Origin: Oopsacas minuta
Taxonomy: Eukaryota > Animalia > Porifera
Direction: 5' to 3'
Assembly: GCA_024704765.1 (NCBI GenBank)
Contig: JAKMXF010000166.1
Coordinates: 646,743-710,742, forward strand
DNA length: 64,000 nt
The notes beneath the pieces are model-generated. The model was given only the letters and a program-made list of their open reading frames with translations. It was not told the DNA's origin and did not search any database. This document shows positions 49,332-61,734 of the stretch, one piece after another (the first letter of the stretch is position 1; each line of letters starts with the position of its first letter). The position numbers were made by a program, and so were the translations under genes.

Positions 49332-50399
49332 TACGTTAATCTAAAGGATTATCTCTAATCAATGTATTCGAGGGCTAGAAAAGGGACCTAGAATTCAATA
49401 CTGAGGGCGTTTAGACAATTATTTAATATAGAATTGTTTGGCAAGAATGGATTGCAAAGTCGACTGTTACATCTGCACCGAAGAAAAGGACAACATTATT
49501 TGGAAGTATTTTTAGTTTATATTACTCGTAATGTGGATTACAGCATATTTCGTTAATAGAAAAATAACTTTGTTTTACCAATTTTTGCATGATATATTCT
49601 TTTAAAATCGCTCCTTCACTAGAAATTTGAGTGCTACACCCATGGGTAAGAGCACCAAATTTAGTAAAATGTTCCAGCAGGGTGTGTTTGAACTTTAGAA
49701 GAGGAGCCAGTTCTTCGAAGATCATAGATATGATGCACAATCTGTTTTGTGTACCACTTTGGACACATTTTTAAGGTCCAGTTTGAATCCAAATGATTTT
49801 AGTGTCGATATTAGTAATCAGCGAAAGATTTGCGTCGTTTGAGTGGTCACTCTCATATTTTTGGGATTATTTTTCTCTAGCAACACAAGAATGTCCCAGG
49901 AATGTGGCAACATTCCATCCTCAAAATCTGTCCTAAAACCTATCGAGTGACCCCTTGTTCGACATCGTTAGGCTCACTGAGTCTAGTTATGCACCTACAA
50001 ACCCTGTAAATGATCTTAAATAGGATTTCACTAGATCTACATCTCCGACCCATCTCTTTTCTTCATATTTTTCCATAATTGACATGAATGCATGATGTTA
50101 TCGTTTGTTTGATTAATAATACGAGCTATAAATTGAGTCATTTATTGTACAGCCCTGACTATGAGGATTTAGTATTACAAATTGTGTGATTTCATTGTGG
50201 CAAGAGTAGGTGTTATGGGGATTAATTATTGAATATAGGTAATGCACCACTCTTGTCAAAATGCTGAGCAATTTCAGGTGAATTGATTGAGAATTGACAA
50301 AACTTTTAAGTGTTAAGTTGTGCTCATATTTCACTACTTTAATCGCCTCCTTAATTCACACGCGTGATAAATACTTAGTTAAGCGAGAATTCCATAATT

Positions 50400-50461
50400 G
50401 CATCCCGTAAATCCTTTCCTTAACAACGGACAAACAAACAATTGAGATTTAATACTATAGA
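50400..50461 (-). mobile_element. 5' fragment of the Helitron-like family
   Basis: Minus strand A|TCTATAG...TTGTTTGTTTGTCCGTTGTTAAGGAAAGG. Confidence 0.6.
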
Positions 50462-51322
50462 TGTATCGAAGGTTTTACAATTATTGACATTTTGCCAGTT
50501 AAATTTAGTGAGATGGTTACGTGATAGAGCAAATGGTCAGATTCAGAATCAGCATACAAAATTGGTTCAGATAATATATTTTTCATCCATCCATGAGGAA
50601 AATAAAAGTTAAATATTGTTGACCTTTGTTATCCAATGTCTATTCTCAGGGAACCCCGTAATTGTCAAACTGTACCCGTGTGTTTTGTCATAATGCATAG
50701 AGTTCCCAGTGAATAGACATTAGATAATTCCTCATCCAAAGGAATATTTTTCAGTAATTAGCCAATGATATGTAGTTCTAAACAATTTATAACAATTATT
50801 TATGACGTTAACCTTTAATACTTGGGTGATTACCATGATTTCAAAAGTAATCGAAAGATTGTGCTTTTTTGATTTGGAGACAATTTCTACATATCTGAAA
50901 TAGAATTAATTGGGCATAAAAGTTCTGTTTGTGGGATATGAACCATTATATCTACTAATATTATATATACCGTACACTAATATGTCACTAGTTAGGGTTC
51001 TATTTAAGATGTTAAATTTGGGGAGGAAGATTTTGAATAAATTTATGTATTTATTTATCAAAATATTGCAGTACCTTTGAAGACCAAACTTATATTAATT
51101 TTAATCATGAAGGTTTCTATTACGTACTAGTAAACATAACAAGACTCACAAATTGATTTTTCCAGTTGTTTTAGGAACGCATGGAGTATAAACTATTGCA
51201 TTGTTCTCTGGACTGGTTGTGGTTCAGATTCAGATTCATTGTTTTAATCAGAAATCTTATTTTAGTTAACAGTCTGATAACAAATTTATCTATGTGGTAA
51301 CATTAGGGTTGATCACATATTA

Positions 51323-51723
51323 CGGAAACTCTCGTTCTCGGGAACTCGGTTTCATTTCGTTATAAGCGGAGTTTGTTGTAACCGAGTATTTACTTCTGTA
51401 TATAAATAATTTCAATAATAGCTTAGGTCTTTAATCCAAGTTCGTTAAATACGGAGTTTATGTAATAAAATATAAATTTGAGCGTAATTAGTTCAACTGG
51501 GGTTATTATGAGCGGACTTCGTTATAACGGGGCTGAAATTCAAAAGCTTTTGACCTAAATGGGATAACATAACTTTGTTATAAGCGGAAAGTATCCATTC
51601 ATCTATATCGTTATAAACGAAGTTTTATAATGTAATTAGATCGAAAGATTTACGGACCATTGGACCACTTCGTTATAAACCAAGTATCGTTATATCCGAC
51701 CATGTTTTAACGGGAGTTTACTG
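51323..51723. mobile_element. pogo/Tigger-like MITE
   Basis: TA|CGGAAACTCTCGTT ... AACGGGAGTTTACTG|TA with multiple CGTTATAA subterminal motifs. Confidence 0.7.
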
Positions 51724-52310
51724 TAGTTACTATATTAATACCGGAAGAATATTACAAATATAAATAATAGGGAGGACAGTGGGCAGCCATACTTGCAAAT
51801 AAGTATAATTCTTTCCAGTTACAGACAGCCGAATCTCCGAGATCTGGGCACTATTTTTTCAAAGAAGTTTGAATTTAACTGAATACGAGCCGCTTCGCTT
51901 GCTCGTTTACTGTTTATTCATAAAAACAAAAAGACATTGCATATAAGAAACTTGAAGATCTGTGTATATGTTACAGAGAATCCTCCAAATTTGAGTAAGA
52001 TTATTCTTATACAAAATTTGTAATTAAATATTATGGTTTATAAAAAACAATATTTTGTAATTTCAAAGATATGTTTTATGGTCTGCTAATATACAAATAA
52101 CATATATATAGCTCCACTATACTATAGTACAGCTTTTCTATGTTCGAGGAAAGGTCATCTTTTAGGCCTAATGAAAGTCACCTTTTGTATTGAGGGTATG
52201 GGGTTTTTGTATTATAAACAACTGTACTATACTATAGCTCAGCTATATATAAGGAATCTGGCTAATAGATATGAATTATCAAATTCTGAAATTGTATGTT
52301 GTATCCAGAT

Positions 52311-53030
52311 CCGTGGTTCTCAAGTATGTCCCTGGCGACTCCCCTAACAATCGTCCAATGAATTCACAACCACATTTATTTAACTAATAGGGTCAAATAG
52401 TTTTACGTATGCTATGTTTAATAAAATTAATCAGTGAGATGGGTGTAGTTACTTTTCTTTAACTAAAATCTTAATCTCCAGCTTAGTGTTTGTGAGTGCA
52501 CAACGAATATCTTCTTCTACCTTTATTTGTTTCTATTTATAGTTTTAATTTGTAACCGAGTTGAACAACCTGATTCACAAAGGTAAGTAGTAGGGAAAGG
52601 CAACATATTTTTAACGATACTTTTAGTTAGAGTAAGATAGGAATCTTCCATTGAGCACCAAAAGGAACTCAATACCTTCTTCCAAATAGTTCTCTGGCAG
52701 ATACATGAATGAGACCTATCAGTCCATCCTCTGCCCGATCGTTTTTCTGAGATTGCTTGAAGAGATGTGGTAAAATGATTTCTCAATAATTTCAAATTTG
52801 TAGAGTCCTTCCGCTTAGGAAAATAATGAGAAAATTCTTCTTTCTAGTGTCGTGTTGCTCTTGCAATTCGTAACGAATGACAGCATATGAAGCTTCAATA
52901 CAAGCAAATTATTGCTGGTGATAAGCACCTGTTGTTTCTAATCTTGACCGTTTTAAAACATCTTCCTTTCTTGTAAAAAATTTAATGATCCTTTTCTAAA
53001 TACTCAGTATAACGAGATTCCAAGTGTCGT
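52311..53030 (-). mobile_element. internally deleted Buster-type hAT
   Basis: Terminus CCGTGGTTCTCAA; dimerisation-domain remnant FWCS...LPFPTTYLCESG...RNK; left boundary on the minus strand approximate. Confidence 0.7.
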
Positions 53031-53372
53031 GTTAATTTACTCGATTTCATTAATTCTCCTGATTGCATGCCACAACATATAACACATTGGAGCTTTACAA
53101 TTCTTGATTATCGAACCACAGTAATCTATAATCTATATAGCTGTCCATATATTTTCGCTTTTTTAGTTCTGTGGCCATATCTTTTGATTACTTAGAATTT
53201 TAGATTGAATGTAATTACAATATAAACATGATACTGTGAAGGTTTTATACAAGATGTACATATTGATCAAAAAGTCGGAGAATTACTATTTACGACTTAA
53301 TGATGAAAGTATATGTACTATGCAATAATACGCTTAATATCTAAATATAGATACACAATCTACATTATTTTA

Positions 53373-53570
53373 TCTCTATTGTAGTTTGTATGTCTGTTTG
53401 TTTGTTTGTTTGTTTGTCCGTTGTCAAGGAAAGGATTTACGGTATGCAATTTTGAAATTGTCACATAACTATGTATTTATCGTGTTTATCAAGTAAGTAA
53501 ATGGAATTCAATAAATTCACAAAATATATCGAACATGCTGAATCTGATTTTCAGACTTTTGCATTAAGGC
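53373..53570 (+). mobile_element. 5' part of the Helitron-like family, with a (GTTT)n tract
   Basis: Close match to 8759-8950. Confidence 0.7.
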
Positions 53571-56500
53571 TTCGAGATCCATTAGTAAAATTAAGGTAGG
53601 CAAGTATCACTCAATTAACTCTTGCCCCCATCCTATTTTCCAGTCTAGAACTAAAGGGCCTTTTGGAAATTTGATACTTGATAGGTATGCCACAAATTTC
53701 TGCACAGTTGGGAAAGATTAGCATGATAAAACTCATTATAAATTATAGCTGGCTACGGGCCACCTACAGACCGGACCCGGTCACAGTTGTAACCATTGTG
53801 ACCATTGTGACCCCCTTTCGACAGCCCTGAGCCACACATGAGTAATACGAATACTATTTGACTAGTGATGAATCGTTTATAATAATTGATTTGGAAATGC
53901 TACGCGCGTATTAGAATCCTACGCAACAAGACTCCGTGGATAACATGTATTCACATAAATATCTGTGGAATGTACGTTTTATACGCATTTCCATATATTG
54001 TAATATCATTATTATATCGATATCTTGCAGCTTAAATTATATAGAATGCATTTACATCGAGCTTAATGAATATTCTATATATTTGTACAAATACATGTCA
54101 GCAGTCCAGAAAGCAATATTTTTTTTGAATGTGACAATGTATTTGCTTAAAAAGCATTAATTACCAAGAGTAATGACTCGAAACTGATCTATCTTAGATG
54201 CCATGCAGAGCGATAAATGTTGATTTAACAGTAATTTCAACGATTGTCGAGTTATAAGTGGATATTGGCAAACATGCGTCATCCATGGTCTACGTGGTGA
54301 CTTTATCATTACAAATATTTTACATTTTGTTCCGAAACAGTTTTTGATCATTTTGTATTTCAACATTTTGTTAAGGATCAATATTTATCGCTCTAAATGG
54401 CATCAAAGATAGATCAATTTAGAGTACTGAATTTCGATAAATTAGTGATTACTAAGAAAAAATCTTACTTTTATGGACGATGACACGTATTTCTACAATA
54501 ATGTAGGATATTCATTCAGCTTGAAGTGAATTAATGCATTTACATATCAAAAGCTAATTGATGTTGATATAATAAGGATAAAACCATATATGGAAAGGTT
54601 TGGAAAACGCAAAACTTACATTGAACCATAGCCTTCTCTATATATGTCCATCCATCAACCTCGAATTTGGACTAGGGATTTAGTAATGTAAGGTATATTA
54701 TATTAGTATATCGAATGGTTTCATATCGCACAAACAGTACTTTTATGCCCAAGTAAATGAATTACTGATATGTAGAATATCATGGGTCCAAACCCAAAAA
54801 GAAAAACAGCCAATTTCTTTGCTTAGTAAGCATTATTTGGAGAAAGTGGCCAAATCGTCTACGACCTGTAGAACGTTAAATATCGCATCTTTGAAAAGTT
54901 ACTATACGAAATGACGTAAAGATTCTTTGTAAAACATATTTAAAATATGTCATGATAAAGTTGGCATGTTTTTGAGTTATAGGGTGACGATGGATGGAAA
55001 TAATTTGTTACTATCTATTGATAAGTTGAAAACCCTCAGTGATGTAACAAAACTCACTATTTCCGATTTATAGTATATACCGACCCATACCCTTGTAATA
55101 CATAATTATATGATATCTACAAGGATTATTACGTAGTCATCAATAAAGCCATGTATATTCACATCCAGGATTGCGTCATAATTGTCTCTTCAGACTCAAT
55201 GCTAGCTAGAACATCTGTTTTAACTACAACCAACTATCTTTTTAGAGCTTCAGAAAGAAGACGGCAGTGTGAAATACTTGAAGAATGGAGATTACACTCG
55301 TGTCAGAAACTGACATAATTATCGGATTAAAACCTCGCTAATCCGGACAGAAATGTTATACAACTTTGGAAAATGTTGTAAACTGTTCAAAAATAACTAT
55401 TTGCATCCAATTCTACTGAGGACAAATACATATTACGGTATTACACATTTTGGCAGCCTTCCCATCGTATGTATAACTTTCGAAAAATGCCCATAGTTCC
55501 TATAGTATAGTATTGTATTAATGCATTTGCTTCTGCGCACGAATTATATTGAAATTGAAACAGTATTGTTCGAATTAACGCGGTTTTACTTTATTACCAT
55601 TTATTGAATCAGGAACAAATACGATTGGAGTGGCATATACAATGATCTCGGAACCCACGTGAGTTATTACTTTTCAGAGACGTTTTCTCACAAAATACGA
55701 ATACATTATGAATTTTCTATTCAATTTTTCGTCTGTTTATTCCAAAATTTGGCAGAATTATGCTGACTTGCTATCTGTCTCGGTTTTAGAGGGAAGTCCT
55801 ACAATTTCGGATGTTATTAACCAAATGTCCACTCAAAATTCGTAAAAAAAGGTTATATATAGTAAATTGCTTGTTTCTCACACTTGATTTTCTAAGAAAA
55901 AATGCCGGAGAACAGCATTTATTTTTAAGATTTTCACCCAAAAATTATTGTAGCTGAGAATTTTCACACAACGATTATAGCGTCTGTTTCTTGTATTCTT
56001 TTTTCATTTCTCATATTAATTCTACAGCGAGAGTAACATGTCAAATGATCAGCGCGGTAGTAAGTATTTGGGAAAGTAGGTGCTAGTATTTTACATAACA
56101 CATTTGCCAACCTGAGTTAAGAAAAGAGCGGGATGGAATGCTAATCTATAGGGACATAGCGGATCGCGGGACGTAGCATATTTCATTAGGCCGGGCTACA
56201 ACCGGACAGTTAAATAATTACCAGTCCTATTCTAGATGCGAACTCGCCATAGCTGTCAAATCTCTGTAGCTCTACCTCCTCAGAAGAATAGAGAATTACA
56301 ATATATTCCTCTTCCTGAAGAACCATGTATCAGTGGAATTGCTTTCATGTAATTTGTCACGCACCGTAATTGGATTTCAGCACATTCTTGTAATCGCGTG
56401 TTACCTGAGTAAATTTTAATTGCCCGACCACTCAAGACTAAAACATGGCAAGAAATATTGGACCATTTACAAGAAATCTCTAATTCGGGGTACCTAAAAT

Positions 56501-57269
56501 CTTCCAAGATGAGATAAGAAAATTATCAAGTAAGGTAACTCACATATTACTGGGTAAAATTCATAAGAAGCTGCTTGAAATTAGTATTTCAAAATATATG
56601 GTAATTAAATACTGATACACAAGCCAACTTAGTTGTATATACGTAACATGTTGGATTGCCAATTATAAACGCGTCATTTAATATATACGTTGGGAGGAAA
56701 TTGTGTTTCGTTAGGGCCATGTAAATTAATTTAAGAACTGTACCGAAAAACTGGACTATATTATATGTTATAGCTAATAAATAAGGATTTGCCATACACT
56801 ACTATACATAAACCCTCACAACTGATTATGGATTTTGACCAGGGATGCACGATGCGATAGAAGTGATATATAACGAATGTGTTGCCTACTTGTGAGAATC
56901 ATTGATTTTGAGTATAATAAAGTATTCTAGAGTATATTTCATACTCTACATGCATTTGTCTCTTTTCATACATTATTCCCATTGAAATACGTTAGAAATC
57001 GTTCATAATTTCATTTTATGATCAACAAACGATACTTACTTTGACAGATATCAACAGAAAATACATGAGTGTTATCTTAGCAGCCGATTCAAATCCCCAC
57101 TAAAACACCTTTTTCTCAAAAAGTATGGGTTTTATTTTGAAAAGGACCATACCAGTGTCAGGAAGAAAGTTGGTACTTTTCAAATCATCACTCATAATCA
57201 CCAAATTTTACATGATGAGTAAGCAATTTGCATTACATTTTGGTCGAGGTTTTTTTATTAATATCTCCC

Positions 57270-58232
57270 ATTGAAGATGGGGTAAGAATAGGGAGACCAG
57301 TTTCCAGCGCCAGTGACAAAAATATCCTTGAGGTATCCGCGTTACTTGAACAAGACCCTCATATCACGCTTGTGGAGATAGCTGATGCGGTTGGGATCTC
57401 AACGGGAACTGCTCAAGCTATTGTACATGATAATATGAAATTCCGAAAGATATGTGCTCGATGGGTGCCGCATTTACTAACTCAGGGCCAGAAAGCAAAG
57501 AGGGTCCAATGTGCTACTAAATTGCTCTCTGAGTTTGATCGAGCTGACTCCAGAAGGTAATTTGAGATAGTAACAGGTGACGAAACTTGGGTACGTTATT
57601 CTGAGCCTTTTTCAAAAGAAGCAAACAAAGTATGGGTGGCAAAAGGACAGGATCCACCAATGATCCCTCGACATGACTTTTGGGACCCGAAAGTTATGTA
57701 CTGTATATTTTTTTATTCTAATGGTCCAGTGTGCCAGATTTGTGTCCCCAAATACCAAACAATAACAGGCTCCTTCTACACCAATGAGTGTCTAACAGAG
57801 GTTGAAAAATTCTACCAAAATCGACGGCCAAGGACTGGAACTCGTGGATTGCGAATATTGCATGATAACGCCCGACCGCACAAGACAAAGCTGGCTAGAG
57901 AAAAGTTGGAAGCTATGAAGATCGTGGAGCTTGATTATTCTCCCTACTCACCAGATCTAGCTCCCTGTGACTTTTGGTTGTTTCCAATGCTAATGAAATA
58001 TCTATCAGGCAGGAAATTCGAGAATCGAGCTCAGATGGGATCACGGTATTCCAGTATATGAAAGGTGTACCAACCGAAGACTATAAAAAAGTATTTTTGA
58101 TTGAATCAAAGGCTGAAATTAGTTTTACAGCACGAAGGGGAATCCTATGAGAAAATCCATCACTGACTACACAATTATGCTAGGAAAATTAGAATTACAG
58201 TGTGATAACGACTACTTATTAAACGCCCGTAG
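57270..58232 (+). mobile_element. 5'-truncated mariner copy, near-identical to 1-576
   Basis: EDGVRIGRP, CARWVPH, VTGDETW, HDNARPH, SPDLAPCDF; in-frame TAA at 57558-57560; C-terminal frameshift; same right TIR plus TA. Confidence 0.93.
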
Positions 58233-58307
58233 TATAGGCAACTTTCTTTACATAATCACTTTTCAAATAGATATTGTAGCATGATACACGTCTAAGATAC
58301 CTTCGTC

Positions 58308-60249
58308 ATGGCATCCATTTCTAACAAGAAAAGAAAAGTAGGAGATGAATTAGGAGTTTTTCAAACTAGATGGACTGAAAGTTATCTCTTTATTGAATTT
58401 CACAACACACCTATTTGTCTCATATGTAATGAATCTATATTTCTTCTAAAGGAATATAATGTTAAACGCCATTATGAAACTAAGCATGGAAAGGAATATA
58501 TCACCATACAAGGAGAATTTCGGAACGATATAATATTACAATTGAAGAAGAATCTAACCAAATAACATCAAATCTTTAAGAATTTAGGGGACCAATCTGA
58601 ATCTTCTGTCAAAGCTAGCTATAAAGTTGCGGAAATAATTGCAAAGAAGCCCAAACCATTTTCAGATGGAGAGTTTATTAAAGAGTGTTTGAGGAGTGTT
58701 GCTGAAATAATATATCCAGACAAAACAGACCAGATTTCAAAGATAAGTCTATCTCATCAGACAATAGCAAGACGCATAGTTGATTTGTCTTGCTCAATTG
58801 AAAACACGTTGATCTTACGAGCTTCTAATTTCAGGTTTTATTCATTGGCACTTGACGAAAGTACAGATGCTACGGATACTGCTCAAGTAGCTATTTTTAT
58901 ACGAGGTATCGATGACGATTTCAACATTACTGAAGAAATGGCCGCTTTAGTTCATTAGAGGATTCTACGAAAGCGAATGATATTTATAAGGCAGTTACGA
59001 CTACACTAGCAAGATTGGCTTTAGATTTCAGTGAAATTTTGCGAATAACGACGGATGAAGCTCCAGCAATGTTAGGTAAAAGGGAAGGCCTTTGAAGTTA
59101 ATTGAAAACGAAGCGCTGCAGTCAGGTCATACTATTTTAATGAAATACCACTTCATTATTCATCAAGAGAACCAATGTGCCAAATCTCTTAAATTTGAAA
59201 GCGTAATAAAAGCTGTTATCAAAACAGTTAACTTCATTCGCTCCAGGGGTCTTAATCATAGACAGTTTCAAGAATTGCTTAATGATTTGGATTCAGAATT
59301 CGGTGACATTATTTACTATCTGAAGTTAGATTTTTGAGTCGTGGTAAAATGTTAAAACGAATTTTTGATTTGAAAGATGAAATTCAAATGTTCATGCAAC
59401 TAAAAGGGCAACCAATTCCTGAATTCCGAGACGACGAATGGTTATGTGATTTTGCTTTCTTAATAGATATTAGTTCTCACTTGAAAGAATTGAATACAAG
59501 ACTTCAAGGAAAAGACCAACTAATCTCTGCTATGTTTGATTTTATGAATGCTTTTCAAATTAAGCTTAGTTTTGTGGGAATCTCAACTCAGAGTAAAGAA
59601 TTATGTTCATTTTTCCAACAATAAGAATAGACAAAGTGAATGATCCTGAAAAGATACGCCAAATTAATTTCGTCTTGAAAAGAATTCAATGATAGATTCC
59701 AGTATTTCAGAAAACACAGTTCTATTTCAGTCTCTTTCAGTCTCTTTTCATCTCCATTCAAAGTAAATATAGATTCCGTGGCAGAAAATCTACAAATGGA
59801 GTGCATTGATATGCAATGTGATCTCCTCTAAAGGATAAATTTGTCAAATGGGTTTACTCGACTTTGATAAATCACATGTATCGAAGGAAAAATATCGTAG
59901 AATACACAAGCATTTACTTTCAATGAGCTCTCTTTTCGGAAGCACATATATATGCGAACAAGTGTTTTCCAGGATTTAAAATATCAAATGTAAAAGCAGA
60001 ACTCGTATCACGGACGACAACCTTGAATCTTCCCTCAGAGTAGCAAGTTCTGCAATCTCTCCTAATGTAGAGTCTCTTGTCGCAGCTAAAAATTGCCAAG
60101 TCTCCCATCAATTTATAGCTTCATTGTCATAAATTATATTCTTAATTAATTATCCTAGAAACAACAAATAATTTAAGAATACGGTGCCGCCCGCGTCAAA
60201 ATTCTTGTACAAGCTGTGGCCCTTTGCAACAATAGGTTGGACACCCTTG
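58308..60249 (+). mobile_element. hAT of the GTF2IRD2/SPIN type, decayed transposase with right TIR
   Basis: FQTRWTESYLF...CLIC...KEYNVKRHYETKH, SLALDESTD, RGLNHRQF, WLCDFAFLID, GSTYICEQVF; terminus GGTTGGACACCCTTG. Confidence 0.88.
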
Positions 60250-60990
60250 CTATAAATCTTCTTACCTCACTGTGCTAACACAGAACTTCTATGTTTAGGT
60301 TTACGATATCAATACTGTAACATTAGATTCTTCTGAAATAATTAATCCCAAATTAATTAATTATATTTGCAATATTATTTAGCCATGTAAAACCTGTTAA
60401 ATTATTAACAAAAATTGGCCAATCAAAAGTGGAGCGAAATGTCGTGGAATGAAATGTCGGTATCCGAATTTCCACTCTATGTGATACTTGAGAATATGGA
60501 AATCGGTTTCGGCGTACTGTATTATCTAGGAATTCGATTCAACGTACTGAGATACGTGATACCCCTGTGTTGGCTGTGTGGGCATTTAGAGTATAAAGTC
60601 TCAATTTTATGATTTCCTAAAAGAACGCATACATTTACAATGATTACAGTAGACTCTCATACGAATACGGTTCATAAGAATTTCGGGATAAGGCGAATGA
60701 AAGATTGTACAAAATTATGTGCTTACACTGATCATTCAATTCGTATTACCGTCCGTTGGCGTTCGTATTAACGGGGTTCGAATGTAATCACACCAAAAGC
60801 GGAAAATCGAATTCAGAGCATTTGAACATTGTTCTCAGGCATTTGTTTAGCTAGAATGTTTATATTACTAGAAGGGCCCCAAATACAGTAAGCTCCAGGC
60901 CCCCGAGTACAGTTAATCTTGCATTGTCTGGCGGTTTTTCAGTTTCTTCAATTCAGGGCATACAAACAGATATATACATATATATATATA

Positions 60991-61734
60991 TAAGGGCTGT
61001 CCAAAAGTTCTTTACCAAAATTGATGTATCAATTAACCTAGTGCAGGTTGATAGGCGTATCATAGTTTAATTCGGAGCTTATGTGTTATTGCTTCTTATA
61101 CATACTCACTTATTTAATTGCACAGTTAAATTTAACACAGCGTTCGATTTACTAGAGTAGTTTTCAACAATAACGAAATCTTCCATCGCAAATCACAGGA
61201 ATGTTATCTGGTTTTGACACAAGAGATTAAATCGCGTTGAGTGATCTAGAGATGGGCGTTATGTATGGGAATGATTCATGATTGTCCTTCCAGGCCAACC
61301 ATTTATAGATGGATAGAGAGATTTGAAGATGACTGGGATACCACTGAAGGCGAGCACCGTATAGGCGCCCTAAAACGCCATTATCCAGAGTAACTTTCGA
61401 TTAAGAGAGAGGTTATTGGACGAAGATAGAAGTGCTACAGTCAGGGAGTTAGAAGAGAGGCTGTGTTCCCACAATCAACCATTCATGAGATTATCAAGGT
61501 GAGCTAGGAATGCCATGGGTTGTGATAAGGTGGGTCCCAAAACTTTCATCAGATGACCAAAAGCTGGAAAGGGTCATTAGCTAGCAGTGGTTTACTCAAT
61601 CGTGGTGTTGCGAGGATTTTATGGATCGGATAGTGACAGTAGATGAAACATGGTTCCAATACTACGAACCAGAAACTCAATCTCAAAGTAGCCAGTGGAA
61701 ATTAAAGCATGAAGTTATCCATGTTAAGGTAGTG
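60991..61734 (+). mobile_element. mariner 5' half, truncated at the Transib-like terminus
   Basis: AGGGCTGTCCAAAAGT TIR-like start after (TA)n; PSRPTIYRWIERF, RWVPKLSSDDQK, IVTVDETWFQYYEPE. Confidence 0.8.
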
